Positions 1-9,596 of a stretch of 64,000 nt of DNA are shown here, piece after piece. Numbering within the stretch: position 1 is the stretch's first letter; each line of letters starts with the position of its first letter. The stretch is taken from NCBI GenBank assembly GCA_963789265.1, contig CAWBKB010000007.1, forward strand, positions 64,001 to 128,000, written 5' to 3'. The translations under genes and the position numbers were made by a program. Origin of the DNA: an uncultured delta proteobacterium. Lineage in GTDB: Bacteria; Desulfobacterota; Desulfomonilia; Desulfomonilales; Desulfomonilaceae. The notes beneath the pieces are model-generated. The model was not told the DNA's origin, searched no databases, and saw only the letters and a list, made by a program, of their open reading frames with translations.

Positions 1-736
1 CCAGGTAATCCTTCAGTTCTCTGATCGAGATTTCCCTGTAGTGGAAGATCGAGGCAGCAAGTACCGCATCAGCATTGGCGTGAACAAGAGCTTCCCTCAG
101 GTGTTCCGCTGTTCCCGCGCCACCTGAGGCAATAACGGGAATTCCAACAATTGCCGTCACTGCCAGCGTCATCGGGATGTCAAATCCGGCCTTTGTTCCG
201 TCTGCATCCATGCTTGTCAAAAGGATCTCGCCGGCGCCGAGCTCCTCGGCTTTCTTCGCCCATTCAAGGCAGTCCACGCCGGTCATGGTTCGTCCGCCGT
301 GAATGGAAATTTCGTAGCCCGAGGCAGTTTTGCCGGTCTTCTTGGCGTCGATGGCAATCACTATACATTGACTGCCGAACATCAGCGAGGACTGCCGGAT
401 AATCTCCGGATCCTGCACCGCGGCAGTGTTAAGGGAAACCTTGTCGGCCCCGGCCTTCAAAAGGGCCCTGATGTCTGCGGTGGTACGAATTCCGCCTCCA
501 ACGGTAAGAGGCATGAAAACCTCGTCGGCCGTGCGCGCAACCACATCCAAGATGATGTTGCGTCTCTCGTGCGAGGCCGTGATATCCAGGAATACCAGTT
601 CGTCTGCACCCTCGGTGTCATAAAACCGAGCATTTTCCACAGGGTCTCCGGCATCGCGCAAATTGACGAAGTTCACTCCTTTTACGACTCGTCCATCGCG
701 CACGTCAAGACACGGAATGATTCGTTTAGCGAGCAT
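1..736 (-). CDS. hisF: Imidazole glycerol phosphate synthase cyclase subunit (runs off window start)
   Basis: Manual translation from ATG 736: [34 protein letters not shown]...[13 protein letters not shown]; start overlaps hisA stop. Confidence 0.95.
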   Translation of the reverse strand, partial: MLAKRIIPCLDVRDGRVVKGVNFVNLRDAGDPVENARFYDTEGADELVFLDITASHERRNIILDVVARTADEVFMPLTVGGGIRTTADIRALLKAGADKVSLNTAAVQDPEIIRQSSLMFGSQCIVIAIDAKKTGKTASGYEISIHGGRTMTGVDCLEWAKKAEELGAGEILLTSMDADGTKAGFDIPMTLAVTAIVGIPVIASGGAGTAEHLREALVHANADAVLAASIFHYREISIRELKDYL

Positions 737-1463
737 TTACTCTTTCTGTTAATTCAATGGCTTCCTTCAAGTCTATGGTCCCTTCGTAAAGGGCTCTTCC
801 GATTATAATGCCAATTACTCCTTCTTTTTCAAGGGGGAGGATTTTTTGCACATCTGACAGAGTGGACACCCCTCCCGACAGTATAACCGGAGAGGAAGTA
901 TTCCTGGCAAAATCTCTCGTGGCTTCGATATTTGGTCCCAACAGCATGCCGTCTCTGGCAATGTCCGTGTAAATGAATGCTACGGGGCGGGCCGACACGA
1001 AGCGCGCTGCCAACTCGGATGCCTTGATATGTGCGGATTGGGTCCAGCCCTCGACGGCCACCTCGCCGGATCGGGCGTCGATCCCTATGGCCACTTTGCC
1101 GGGGAATAGTGACAAATAGTTCAAGACGAGGTCCGGATCTCTCGCGGCCATAGTTCCTAGAATTACAGTGTCAACCCCAATGTCCAGGTACATGCGGATA
1201 ATTTCGCCGCTTCTGATACCCCCTCCCACCTCAATGGGCACGCGCACTTCTTTTACAATAGCTTGGATTTGGCCAAGATTTTTTGGTTTTCCGCCCACGG
1301 AGCCATCAAGGTCCACTACATGGATACGTGCGGCCCCGAAGTTTTCCCAGACGCGGGCTTGCGCGCAAGGGTCCTCATTGAACACTGTCGAGGTGTCCAT
1401 ACGGCCCTGACGGAGCCGGACACACTTTCCGTCTTTGAGATCGATCGCTGGAATAACAATCAT
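726..1463 (-). CDS. hisA: ProFAR isomerase HisA
   Basis: [44 protein letters not shown] motifs; adjacent to hisF. Confidence 0.97.
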   Translation of the reverse strand: MIVIPAIDLKDGKCVRLRQGRMDTSTVFNEDPCAQARVWENFGAARIHVVDLDGSVGGKPKNLGQIQAIVKEVRVPIEVGGGIRSGEIIRMYLDIGVDTVILGTMAARDPDLVLNYLSLFPGKVAIGIDARSGEVAVEGWTQSAHIKASELAARFVSARPVAFIYTDIARDGMLLGPNIEATRDFARNTSSPVILSGGVSTLSDVQKILPLEKEGVIGIIIGRALYEGTIDLKEAIELTERVNAR

Positions 1464-1487
1464 TGGAGAGTATCGGCCGGTCGGAAT

Positions 1488-1510
1488 AAAAAAGCCCCCA
1501 AAGGGGGCTT
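1488..1510 (-). terminator. Rho-independent terminator after the Pro/Cys-rich genes
   Basis: AAGCCCCC-AAA-GGGGGCTT hairpin, with an A-run on + (U-tract on -). Confidence 0.75.
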
Positions 1511-1533
1511 AATTATTCCACATTACCTTTCTG

Positions 1534-1908
1534 CTATTCAACAGGCAGGTAGTAAACGAAGGGTGGCCAGGGCACAACAAACTTCCACATGGGGACTGCC
1601 ACTGGAATGGGAGGCGGCGGAGCGCCACAGCCATACCCACAGGGTGGAGGGCAGGGTGGTGGTGGCGGCGCAGGATATTGCATTTTAACGTTGATAACTG
1701 TTGTCAGGTGCCGTTTGCACTTCACAGGCCTTACTTTGCAGGGCGGCGGGGCCGGGGCGCACATGCCTCCTACACATGGGGGGGCGGACGCCGGCATCAC
1801 CACTGGCTGGGGAGCCGGAATTGCACCCGTTGATGTCTCGGCCCATACCATGCCCGCCGCAGCCACGACGATCAGGATGAACCCGAGAATTCCTAGCTTT
1901 TTAACCAT
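1534..1908 (-). CDS. Secreted Pro/Cys-rich hypothetical protein
   Basis: Strong RBS GAAAGGAGG before ATG 1908; signal-peptide-like MVKKLGILGFILIVVAAAGMVWA; PPPPCPPPCGYGCG tracts. Confidence 0.75.
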   Translation of the reverse strand: MVKKLGILGFILIVVAAAGMVWAETSTGAIPAPQPVVMPASAPPCVGGMCAPAPPPCKVRPVKCKRHLTTVINVKMQYPAPPPPPCPPPCGYGCGAPPPPIPVAVPMWKFVVPWPPFVYYLPVE

Positions 1909-1987
1909 ACCCTCATCCTCCTTTCGACAAAACTCATTATATCTGAGCAAATCCTTACTTCTTTTGCCAGTCCTCTCTCGCGGCAGC

Positions 1988-2485
1988 CTACTTGTGCACC
2001 TTGCAAGGCATAGGGGGAGGCGGAGCCATGGGGACAGGCCCGCAAACCGGTTTCGTCTTCACATAGTTAGCCTTCACGTACACGCAGCGCGGAACTTTGT
2101 GGGTGCGGCAGCAGAGATCGGGGAACAGATCGAAATGCTCGTTCTTGATCTCCACGACAGGCACCAACCACTCGTAACGGCCAAGCGCTATAGGGTTGGG
2201 ATAGCATTGGGGATTGCCGTAAAAGGCAAGCGGAGTGCGAGGCCAAGCAACCCCTGCCAGGTAAGGAGCAACCACCCTGACCCGCCGCAGTTGGGCAGGC
2301 ACGGGCACGATCTCCTCTTTCACTTGAGAATAGTTGGTAGCCGCAGGCCCACACATGGGCGGGGGTCCCGGAGGTCCAGGCATATACGACGGACCGGCGG
2401 GGGGGCCGCCAGCAAGTGCAATCACCGAGCTAGCGCCGCACAACGCGAGAACCAACAGGCTCAGAAGAAGCAAACGTTTAACCAT
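1988..2485 (-). CDS. Secreted Pro/Cys-rich hypothetical protein
   Basis: Leader nearly identical to that of the 1534-1908 gene; signal-peptide-like MVKRLLLLSLLVLALCGASSVIALA; PPPPMPCKV. Confidence 0.75.
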   Translation of the reverse strand: MVKRLLLLSLLVLALCGASSVIALAGGPPAGPSYMPGPPGPPPMCGPAATNYSQVKEEIVPVPAQLRRVRVVAPYLAGVAWPRTPLAFYGNPQCYPNPIALGRYEWLVPVVEIKNEHFDLFPDLCCRTHKVPRCVYVKANYVKTKPVCGPVPMAPPPPMPCKVHK

Positions 2486-2955
2486 ACCCTCAATCCTCCT
2501 TTCAACAGTTCCTCCCGACAACGTTCGGGAGACCCGTAAAAACATTCCCGGATAGAATCCGATTATATTCCGGAATGTATTTTTGGTACCAAATCAACTA
2601 CGGAATGTCAAGCTCTTTTTTTGCTTAACACCTCTAGGGCCGCCCTTTGAAGGCGTCTCACATCACTTTGTGTCGAGGCGCCGCGCTCCTTTCCGAACAC
2701 TTTGCATGGCGTGTCAGTCATGCGCGGGCTGTGTCCGTAGATCTTTCAGCTTATTCAAAGGTTTACTACAGTAACTATTCTCTAGCAGATGCCCTTCGAC
2801 AAGTCAACGTTTTTTTTTGCATCTTGGACACATGGCCTCCATTACCGTGGGCTTGGCGCAACAGAGCTTGGCACAAGAGCTTCGTACGTTTCAGCTCGAA
2901 GGGCTCGCCTTGACCGCCGATCCGCAGCCGCTCGGTCGGACAGCATGACGGCACC

Positions 2956-3708
2956 TTATATCATACCGTAGCCGCCATCCACACAGAGAACCTGGCCGGT
3001 AATATAATCCGATTCGTTGGATGCGAAGAAGACAAAGGCCGGGCTGATGTCGTCCGGGCCGGCAAACCTTTTCATGAGTATCCTATTGATATAAATTTCG
3101 GAAAGCTTTTCGTCGGTACGGATCTTTTCGGTCATGTCCGTTTCCACTATGCCCAGGGAAATCACGTTGGCGCACACATTGTACCGTGCTAACTCCCTGG
3201 CAACGCTTTTGGTAAAGCTGAGGATTCCCCCCTTTGCAGCAGCATAGTTCACTTGACCAACGGTACCCACCATGCCGGCCACTGAACTCACATTAATTAC
3301 CTTTCCGTAGTTCTGTTCCTTGAAATACCTGCAAGCCGCCTGAGTACACAGGAACGGGCCTTTTAGATCCGCGCCGACCACCGCGTCCCACTCATCTTCC
3401 GTCATCTTGTGCAACATCGCCGGGCGAGTAAATCCAGCGTTGTTCACGAGGATGTCGAGCCTCCCGAAATTCTCCTTGGCCGCGGCCATCATGCTTTCCA
3501 CTTCGGCTTTGCAGGCCACATCAGCGCGGACGGCTACCGACTTCCTCCCCATTGCGCGTATCGTTTCAACTAGTTCCTGAGCCTGACCTTCGCTGGAAGA
3601 GTAGTTTACGAGCACGTCTGCACCTGCTTTCGCAAACGCGAGTGCGACATTGCGCCCTACCCCTCGACTGCTGCCGGTGACTACCGCTGCTTTGCCGGCT
3701 AGTTTCAT
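2956..3708 (-). CDS. Short-chain dehydrogenase, FabG/acetoacetyl-CoA reductase-like
   Basis: TGSSRGVG, NNAG and YAAAK SDR motifs. Confidence 0.92.
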   Translation of the reverse strand: MKLAGKAAVVTGSSRGVGRNVALAFAKAGADVLVNYSSSEGQAQELVETIRAMGRKSVAVRADVACKAEVESMMAAAKENFGRLDILVNNAGFTRPAMLHKMTEDEWDAVVGADLKGPFLCTQAACRYFKEQNYGKVINVSSVAGMVGTVGQVNYAAAKGGILSFTKSVARELARYNVCANVISLGIVETDMTEKIRTDEKLSEIYINRILMKRFAGPDDISPAFVFFASNESDYITGQVLCVDGGYGMI

Positions 3709-3771
3709 AGTGCCTCCTCATTAACTCTACAGTTGCACGCTGGCACCAGGAAGCTTAACAGGGAAGAAATG

Positions 3772-3801
3772 AAAAAAAAAGCCCCGAGAGGGACTCGGGG
3801 C
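3772..3801 (-). terminator. Rho-independent terminator
   Basis: GCCCCGAG-AGGGA-CTCGGGGC hairpin followed by 9 U on the - strand. Confidence 0.85.
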
Positions 3802-3928
3802 GTGAAAGGAGGTATGGATATGGGTAATGTGCTTTTGTGCGTCCGCACATCTCACCGCACGGGCTGCCATGATGCGGAATTGTGTCGAGATTGTGCGATA
3901 CGTGTGTCACATAACCCCTGTTCAATAC
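3772..3928 (-). ncRNA. Candidate sigma-54-dependent sRNA with an anti-Shine-Dalgarno motif
   Basis: Lies between a -24/-12 motif and a terminator; contains CCAUACCUCCUUUC just before the terminator. Confidence 0.45.
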
Positions 3929-3939
3929 GACACACTCTT

Positions 3940-3954
3940 GCAAGAAAGGTTCCG
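3940..3954 (-). promoter_or_regulatory. Sigma-54 (-24/-12) promoter candidate
   Basis: - strand CGGAAC-CTTTC-TTGC with exact GG-N10-GC spacing; AT-rich upstream region. Confidence 0.55.
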
Positions 3955-4028
3955 AAATTTTCTTTATTGGGATTTCTTTTGTTAAGCCATTGGTTTGTTT
4001 AGGCAAACCCAATGAAGGGCATATCAAT

Positions 4029-4592
4029 TCACGGCGTGTATACTATCACAAGCAGTATGGACTGTTTACTGCTGAGATTCTTCAGGTTATGCGTGATACC
4101 TGAATTGAAATGCAAACTCCCTCCCTTTTTCACCACATTTATTTCGTCTCCCACCCTAATTTCCACTCTTCCTTCCACCACGTAGACAAACTCCTCACCC
4201 TCATGCTTGTAAGCGACCATTTCATGCTGTTTCATCGGGTCCAGTGTGACAAGATAGGCCCACAGATGTTTATCCTCCGCGCCGGGGGTCAAGGTCTTAT
4301 AAGAATATGCCTTGGTGCGCTTGCTATAGCTCTGTCTGCGCTCTTTCTTCTTCGCATCCGACAGCAGAGAGGCAGAGTCCACGGCAAGCCCCCTGGATAT
4401 CTGAATCAATACGCCCACCGGTGGAGAAACCTTCCCATCTTCTATTTCCTGAAGGTATTCGGGCGCATAACCTGTCTGATGAGCAAGCTGTTCAATCGCT
4501 ACATTTTGCCGCTCTCTCATTGTTCGGATGCGCTCCCCGAGACTTTGTCCTTTAGCGGGCTTTCTTGGCATGACCCTTCTCCTAGTAATCAT
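4029..4592 (-). CDS. XRE-family HTH plus cupin transcriptional regulator
   Basis: N-terminal HTH (LGERIRTMR...LQEIEDGKVSP); cupin HEGEEFVYVVEG...FNSGITH. Confidence 0.9.
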   Translation of the reverse strand: MITRRRVMPRKPAKGQSLGERIRTMRERQNVAIEQLAHQTGYAPEYLQEIEDGKVSPPVGVLIQISRGLAVDSASLLSDAKKKERRQSYSKRTKAYSYKTLTPGAEDKHLWAYLVTLDPMKQHEMVAYKHEGEEFVYVVEGRVEIRVGDEINVVKKGGSLHFNSGITHNLKNLSSKQSILLVIVYTP

Positions 4593-4600
4593 CCACTTAC

Positions 4601-4624
4601 GTGGGGCAGGCTTTCCAGCCTGCC
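4601..4624. repeat. GTGG-type REP-like hairpin
   Basis: GTGGGGCAGGCTTTCCAGCCTGCC; related copies near 20707, 30871, 38356, 51672 and 59904. Confidence 0.7.
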
Positions 4625-4706
4625 TTCTACAAGTTTAATGACACTTTCCGGCTGAAAACTGAATGCTTACGTCTCCGATTAGGTGGCTGTTGCTCCCGAC
4701 ATCAAA

Positions 4707-5873
4707 TCAGTATGTATCGGGTCTTTTTCTGCCCTTATACTTGCCCAGTTCTCGCGCAATCACAACCCTTTGAATTTGATTCGTACCCTCGAAGATCTGC
4801 GCGACTTTTGCGAAGCGCATGTACATTTCGACCGGGTATGATTTCATATACCCGTACCCTCCAAGAATTTGGACGGCTTCTGTGGTGACGCGCATAGCCA
4901 TGTCCGTAGCGAACCTTTTGGCCATAGCTGCTTCCATGACGCATGGCTCTCCTTGGTCCATCATGGACGCGGCCCTGTAGATCATCAGACGAGACGCTTC
5001 TATTTCAGTCGCCAGGTCCGCGACAAGGAATTGAAGGCCCTGGAACGAAATGATGGGACGGCCGAACTGGTGGCGCTTGTGAGCATAAGCGAGGGCATAG
5101 TCAAACGCTTGCTGCGCGAGACCGGTAGAGCAGGCCCCTATGCTTACGCGCCCCCCGTTTAAAGCTGTGAGCGCCATGCTGAACCCTTTTCCCTCTTCAC
5201 CAAGAAGATTCTCAAAAGGTATGAAGCAATCTCTGAAGTGCAGTTCGGTGGTGGGGGAGGCATTCAACCCCATTTTGGGCTCATGAGGCCCGAAAGAAAA
5301 GCCGGGTGTTCCTTTTTCGACTACGGCTGCACTGATCCCTTGCTGCTTTTGCGCGTCATCGGTCCGCACCATAACAGTATAGATGTCAGCCACTTCACCA
5401 CTGGTCACGTACAGCTTGGTGCCATTGAGCACGTACCCGCGGTCGGCCTTTACCGCGGACGTGCCCAGCGCTGCCGCGTCCGAACCCGCTTCGCCCTCAG
5501 TCAAAGAATATGCACCCAGTTTTTCGCCCAGTGCCAACGGCCTAACCCATCGCTCCCTCTGTTCTTCGTTGCCGTACTGATAGATCAGATTCGTCACCAT
5601 GTTGTGAACGCTGATGTATACCGCGGTTGCGAAGCAGCCTTTGGCCAGCTCTTCAAAAATGAGGGCCGCGGTCAGCCGTCCTACGCCGGTTCCCCCGTAT
5701 TGTTCAGGCACGTACAGGCCCGTAAAGTCGAGTTGGCCCATTTTGTCGAAGATGTCACGGGAGAAGGTGGAGCTTTCTTCCCATTCTCGAGCCTTAGGTG
5801 CAAGCTCCTTGGAAGCGAAATCGCGTGCCGCCTTCCTGATGAGACGCTGTTCATCGTTCAGTCTGAAATCCAT
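4707..5873 (-). CDS. Acyl-CoA dehydrogenase (butyryl-CoA dehydrogenase-like)
   Basis: YSLTEGEAGSD, NGTKLYVT, RHQFGRPI, QILGGYGY, IFEGTNQIQR. Confidence 0.95.
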   Translation of the reverse strand: MDFRLNDEQRLIRKAARDFASKELAPKAREWEESSTFSRDIFDKMGQLDFTGLYVPEQYGGTGVGRLTAALIFEELAKGCFATAVYISVHNMVTNLIYQYGNEEQRERWVRPLALGEKLGAYSLTEGEAGSDAAALGTSAVKADRGYVLNGTKLYVTSGEVADIYTVMVRTDDAQKQQGISAAVVEKGTPGFSFGPHEPKMGLNASPTTELHFRDCFIPFENLLGEEGKGFSMALTALNGGRVSIGACSTGLAQQAFDYALAYAHKRHQFGRPIISFQGLQFLVADLATEIEASRLMIYRAASMMDQGEPCVMEAAMAKRFATDMAMRVTTEAVQILGGYGYMKSYPVEMYMRFAKVAQIFEGTNQIQRVVIARELGKYKGRKRPDTY

Positions 5874-6120
5874 AAGACAATCTCCCTGCCTCAGGGTCGT
5901 CCAAAGAGAGCGTTCCTGCTCTTGCTGTTCGGTTTCGTTTAGCTTTTGGAGCTGGAAATCAAAATGTTTTCACCGGAACGATAGGAAGGTCCGTCCGAAT
6001 AAATCAACCAAAACAAGATGTGTTCCTACCATTTAATTACCTTCTGACGGATAATATCGTCAATCAAAATGAACGCGGACCGGATCTTTGGCCTTTTAAG
6101 ATTGTCACGGATTCAATCAT

Positions 6121-8382
6121 ATGTTCGAAGGCCAACTGAAGGAAAACGGAACAATGCGCGCCACGTACAAATGCCTAAGAGTTCTGTCGGAAGTTTCCGG
6201 AATTGAAACCACTTACGCGGATATGTTCGGCAAGGTCCATCATACTGACCCCGAAACAGCGCGCAGGATCCTCGAAGCAAAAGGTATCTGCATCCCACCT
6301 GAACGACTGCGCCTGGACCCCCAGGTCCTCGTTGTGTCGGCAGATGACCTTCCTGACAGTTGCACGGTCTACTTCATTGGGAACATCGGAGAGGCCCAAG
6401 CGGCCTCTCCAATTGGCTCGGTGAGAATCTCAGACGCGAGGAGTGCGGTCCAAGGGACCGAACTAGCCATCGGTTCCGGCAATGTGCGGCTGAGCTTTGA
6501 CCCCGAGACCGGTCTTCTCGGCATAGCGATACCGTTTCCACGAGAACTGGCTATTGGAACACATCATATCCGAGTCGAAGCCATTGTGGCGGACAATGTG
6601 ATGACTGCTTCTTGCCTGTGGATTGTATGCCCTTCCAAAGCATACATTCCGCCTGCCCTTGAAAGAGGCGAGAAGGTTGCCGGTATCGCTGTGGCGCTTT
6701 ACGGTGTTCGGTCTGAAACTAATTGGGGGATAGGAGATTTTTCCGACCTGGCGAAAATCATTGATTGGGCTGCCAACGATTTGTCCGCCGATGTTGTCGG
6801 AATCAACCCTCTGCACGCGCTCTTTAATAGGAGGCCGTACAATAGCAGCCCTTACCTTCCATCCAGCCGCCTATTCCGCAACTTCATCTACCTGGATGTT
6901 CCCGGCATTGCAGATTTTTGCGACTCTTTAGCCGCACGATCCTTGGTGGAGTCTTCAGAGGTCCGTCACAAGATCCGGGAACTGCGCGACGACAAACACG
7001 TGAACTACGAAGAGGTCTCCTCGCTTAAGCTTCGCGTGCTCAGGCAAGTCTTCACCGACTTTATGAAGAATCATGGCGGCGCCGGCCGCCAGAGCTCGAG
7101 ATGGCACGATTTTCAAAGCTGTGTGGCTTCTGAGGGAATATATTTGGAGCGCTTTGCCACATTTTGCGCCCTTGACGAACACTTCCGCAGCGTCATCCCA
7201 ATACTGCAAAACTGGAGGGAGTGGCCGGAAGAATTCCATGACCCCTCGTCCGAGGAGGTTAGAAAATTTCAAAAAGAAAAAAGGGAAGAGATCCTTTTTT
7301 GGATGTACCTTCAGTGGCAGATAAACGTACAACTGAGGCAAGTTCAGGAACACGCGACCAAGAGTGGGATGATCATCGGCTTATACAACGACGAAGCCCT
7401 CGCTGTGGATCGCAACGGCTCGGATTTCTGGAGTTGGCGGGAGTTCTTCCATGAGGGCTTCAGAGTTGGCGCGCCGCCCGACGAGTTTGCCCCGGACGGG
7501 CAGGATTGGGGATTCCCGCCACCGAACCGAGAAAGGCTGCGAGCCTCGGGATACGAGCTTTTCCTGAAAAAATTGGAGTCGAATTGCAAACACGGTGGTG
7601 CTCTGCGGATTGACCACGTGATGCAGATCCGCCACCTATTTTGGATCCCCGCGGGGCTTAGGCCGGTGGATGGTGTCTATGTGCAGGATTACGAAAGTGA
7701 CCTCTTGAACCTGATGGCGTTGGAAAGCCAAAGCAGCCGCACACTCATTGTTGGCGAGGACCTTGGAACTGTTCCTTTCAACTTTAGAGAACGAGTCATG
7801 GCGAAAAGAATTTTCTCGAGCAGACTCCTCTATTTCGAGCGAGATGGTGAAGGGAATCTGCTCCCCGGTCATGTTTACCCGGAAGGTGCTCTGGTTTCCA
7901 TCGCCACTCACGATCTACCGACTCTGGCCGGATTTTGGAGTGGCCGCGACATCGATCTTCGTAGGCAATCGGGATTGCTTGACGCTCTGTCGGAGAGCAA
8001 ATTCAGACAAGATCGTACCCGGCATAAGGCCAAGATATTGGAGAGGCTGGTTCAGGACGGTTTTCTCACTCACGAAGACGCGCAACTCGCGAGGGAATCA
8101 CCTGTTCCCACGGATAAGCTTCATTCGGCGGTCATGAATTTCCTGCTGGCCACACCTTCCAGGCTGGTAGTCATAAGCCAGGAGGACGTTTTCTTGGACG
8201 ACCGTCAGCAAAATCTGCCGGGCACCACTTGGCAAAACCCCAACTGGGTGACCAAGATGCTTTATTCAGTTGAGGAATTGAGGAGTAATCCCGAGGCAAA
8301 GCGGCTGGCAGAGAAATTTAAGGAGTCCGTGGAAAGATCGGGCAGGTCTCATCGTCACGAGAGATGCTGTAAATATAGTTGA
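6121..8382 (+). CDS. malQ: 4-alpha-glucanotransferase (amylomaltase, GH77)
   Basis: WGIGDFSDL, SSPYLPSSR, GAPPD...GQDWG, LRIDHV, VGEDLG, THDLPT, QNLPGT; true start may be slightly downstream. Confidence 0.93.
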   Translation: MFEGQLKENGTMRATYKCLRVLSEVSGIETTYADMFGKVHHTDPETARRILEAKGICIPPERLRLDPQVLVVSADDLPDSCTVYFIGNIGEAQAASPIGSVRISDARSAVQGTELAIGSGNVRLSFDPETGLLGIAIPFPRELAIGTHHIRVEAIVADNVMTASCLWIVCPSKAYIPPALERGEKVAGIAVALYGVRSETNWGIGDFSDLAKIIDWAANDLSADVVGINPLHALFNRRPYNSSPYLPSSRLFRNFIYLDVPGIADFCDSLAARSLVESSEVRHKIRELRDDKHVNYEEVSSLKLRVLRQVFTDFMKNHGGAGRQSSRWHDFQSCVASEGIYLERFATFCALDEHFRSVIPILQNWREWPEEFHDPSSEEVRKFQKEKREEILFWMYLQWQINVQLRQVQEHATKSGMIIGLYNDEALAVDRNGSDFWSWREFFHEGFRVGAPPDEFAPDGQDWGFPPPNRERLRASGYELFLKKLESNCKHGGALRIDHVMQIRHLFWIPAGLRPVDGVYVQDYESDLLNLMALESQSSRTLIVGEDLGTVPFNFRERVMAKRIFSSRLLYFERDGEGNLLPGHVYPEGALVSIATHDLPTLAGFWSGRDIDLRRQSGLLDALSESKFRQDRTRHKAKILERLVQDGFLTHEDAQLARESPVPTDKLHSAVMNFLLATPSRLVVISQEDVFLDDRQQNLPGTTWQNPNWVTKMLYSVEELRSNPEAKRLAEKFKESVERSGRSHRHERCCKYS

Positions 8383-8620
8383 CACAAATTGTCACTATAT
8401 TTACACCTCTATCCTCTGCGAAATTAGCTCGTTAGCAACCCGATCAGTCTGAATTGACCTTTTACGTCTCTGAGCGCGGGATTCGAGAGAATTCCGTATC
8501 CTCCTAAACGGGCTCAGATCGTTATCCGGGGTAATTCAGCTTGTCTGGTACACTTGTTGCTGGCTGGTAACACGGAAGTCTATCCACCGGTGTCAGATTT
8601 TGCATGATTCAGGGGGGTGA

Positions 8621-9533
8621 ATGACATCGTTTCAGACGGGTCTGTTCACGGATGTTGCCGAGCAGATGGCTGAGGGAGTGGCCTTTGTCGACCTGAAAGG
8701 ACGTGTGCTGTTCTCGAATCGCTTCTTAGGCGTCATGCACGGTTTTACGGCTAAAGAACTCGTGGGCAAACATATTGCGGTTCTCTGTCCCATGGAAGGA
8801 CTGCTGAACCTGGCAGCAGCCAATGAGGAGACTCTGAGCGCGGGAGCATTCAGCGGAGAGCTTCTGCATCGCCGCAGAGACGGTAGCTCTTTTCCCGTCT
8901 ATTGCACAAGTTCGCTTTTCCGGGACGACCAGGGACGTGGGGTCGGCATTATTATGACCTTTCGGGACATTTCAGCTCTGAAGTTCTCAGAAAAGGTGGC
9001 AGACAGTTCTCGGCAAAAATCTTCCAAATATGTCGGCGTCCTGGAAAAGCAGCTTCGTGAGACCTCGGAACTGCTCGACGATTCGCAATCGGAACTGAAA
9101 GATTATACAACTCGGCTGGAGCAGGCCAATGAAGCCCTGAAGCTCTTCATAAGAGAAATAGAAGATCGGAATAAAGAAACGCGAAAGGGCTATTTATCGC
9201 AACCTCTGTACAAATGTTTTTGCAATCATCGATCAATTGAAGAGCGGGAGATTACCCGATGCTGTGCATCTCCGGTTGGACTCCCTCGAATTTAACCTCA
9301 AAAGCCTCTTCTCTCCTCCGCCGGATACTGCTCGACAAGAGGCGGGACTACTTACTCCTCAAGAAACTCGATTGTGTGATCTGATACGCGCTGGGCTGAC
9401 CTCTAAGGAAATAGCAGAGGTCATGGGAATTTCTCCCGCCACTGTGGTCGTTCATCGTGCTAACATAAGAAAAAAACTGGGACTGGTCGGGTCAGATGAT
9501 AATTTAGCGACCTATTTGCGTAAGAGGCTCTAA
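8621..9533 (+). CDS. PAS-domain LuxR-family transcriptional regulator (+1 frameshift near 9178)
   Basis: PAS region RRRDGSSFPV in ORF 8621-9295; LuxR HTH LTPQETRLCDLIRAGLTSKEIA...HRANIRKKLG in ORF 9237-9533; removing one A joins the frames. Confidence 0.85.
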
Positions 9534-9596
9534 CCTCGTCCCGGAGAGGCCTTGCCGCCAAGACTCCGTCTGGTCCCCCGGGGGGAGTGCGTAACT

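Noticed and set aside
1589..2539. 316-aa Gly-rich ORF on the + strand
   Set aside because: Antisense shadow of the two Pro-rich genes, which have RBSs, signal peptides and a terminator.
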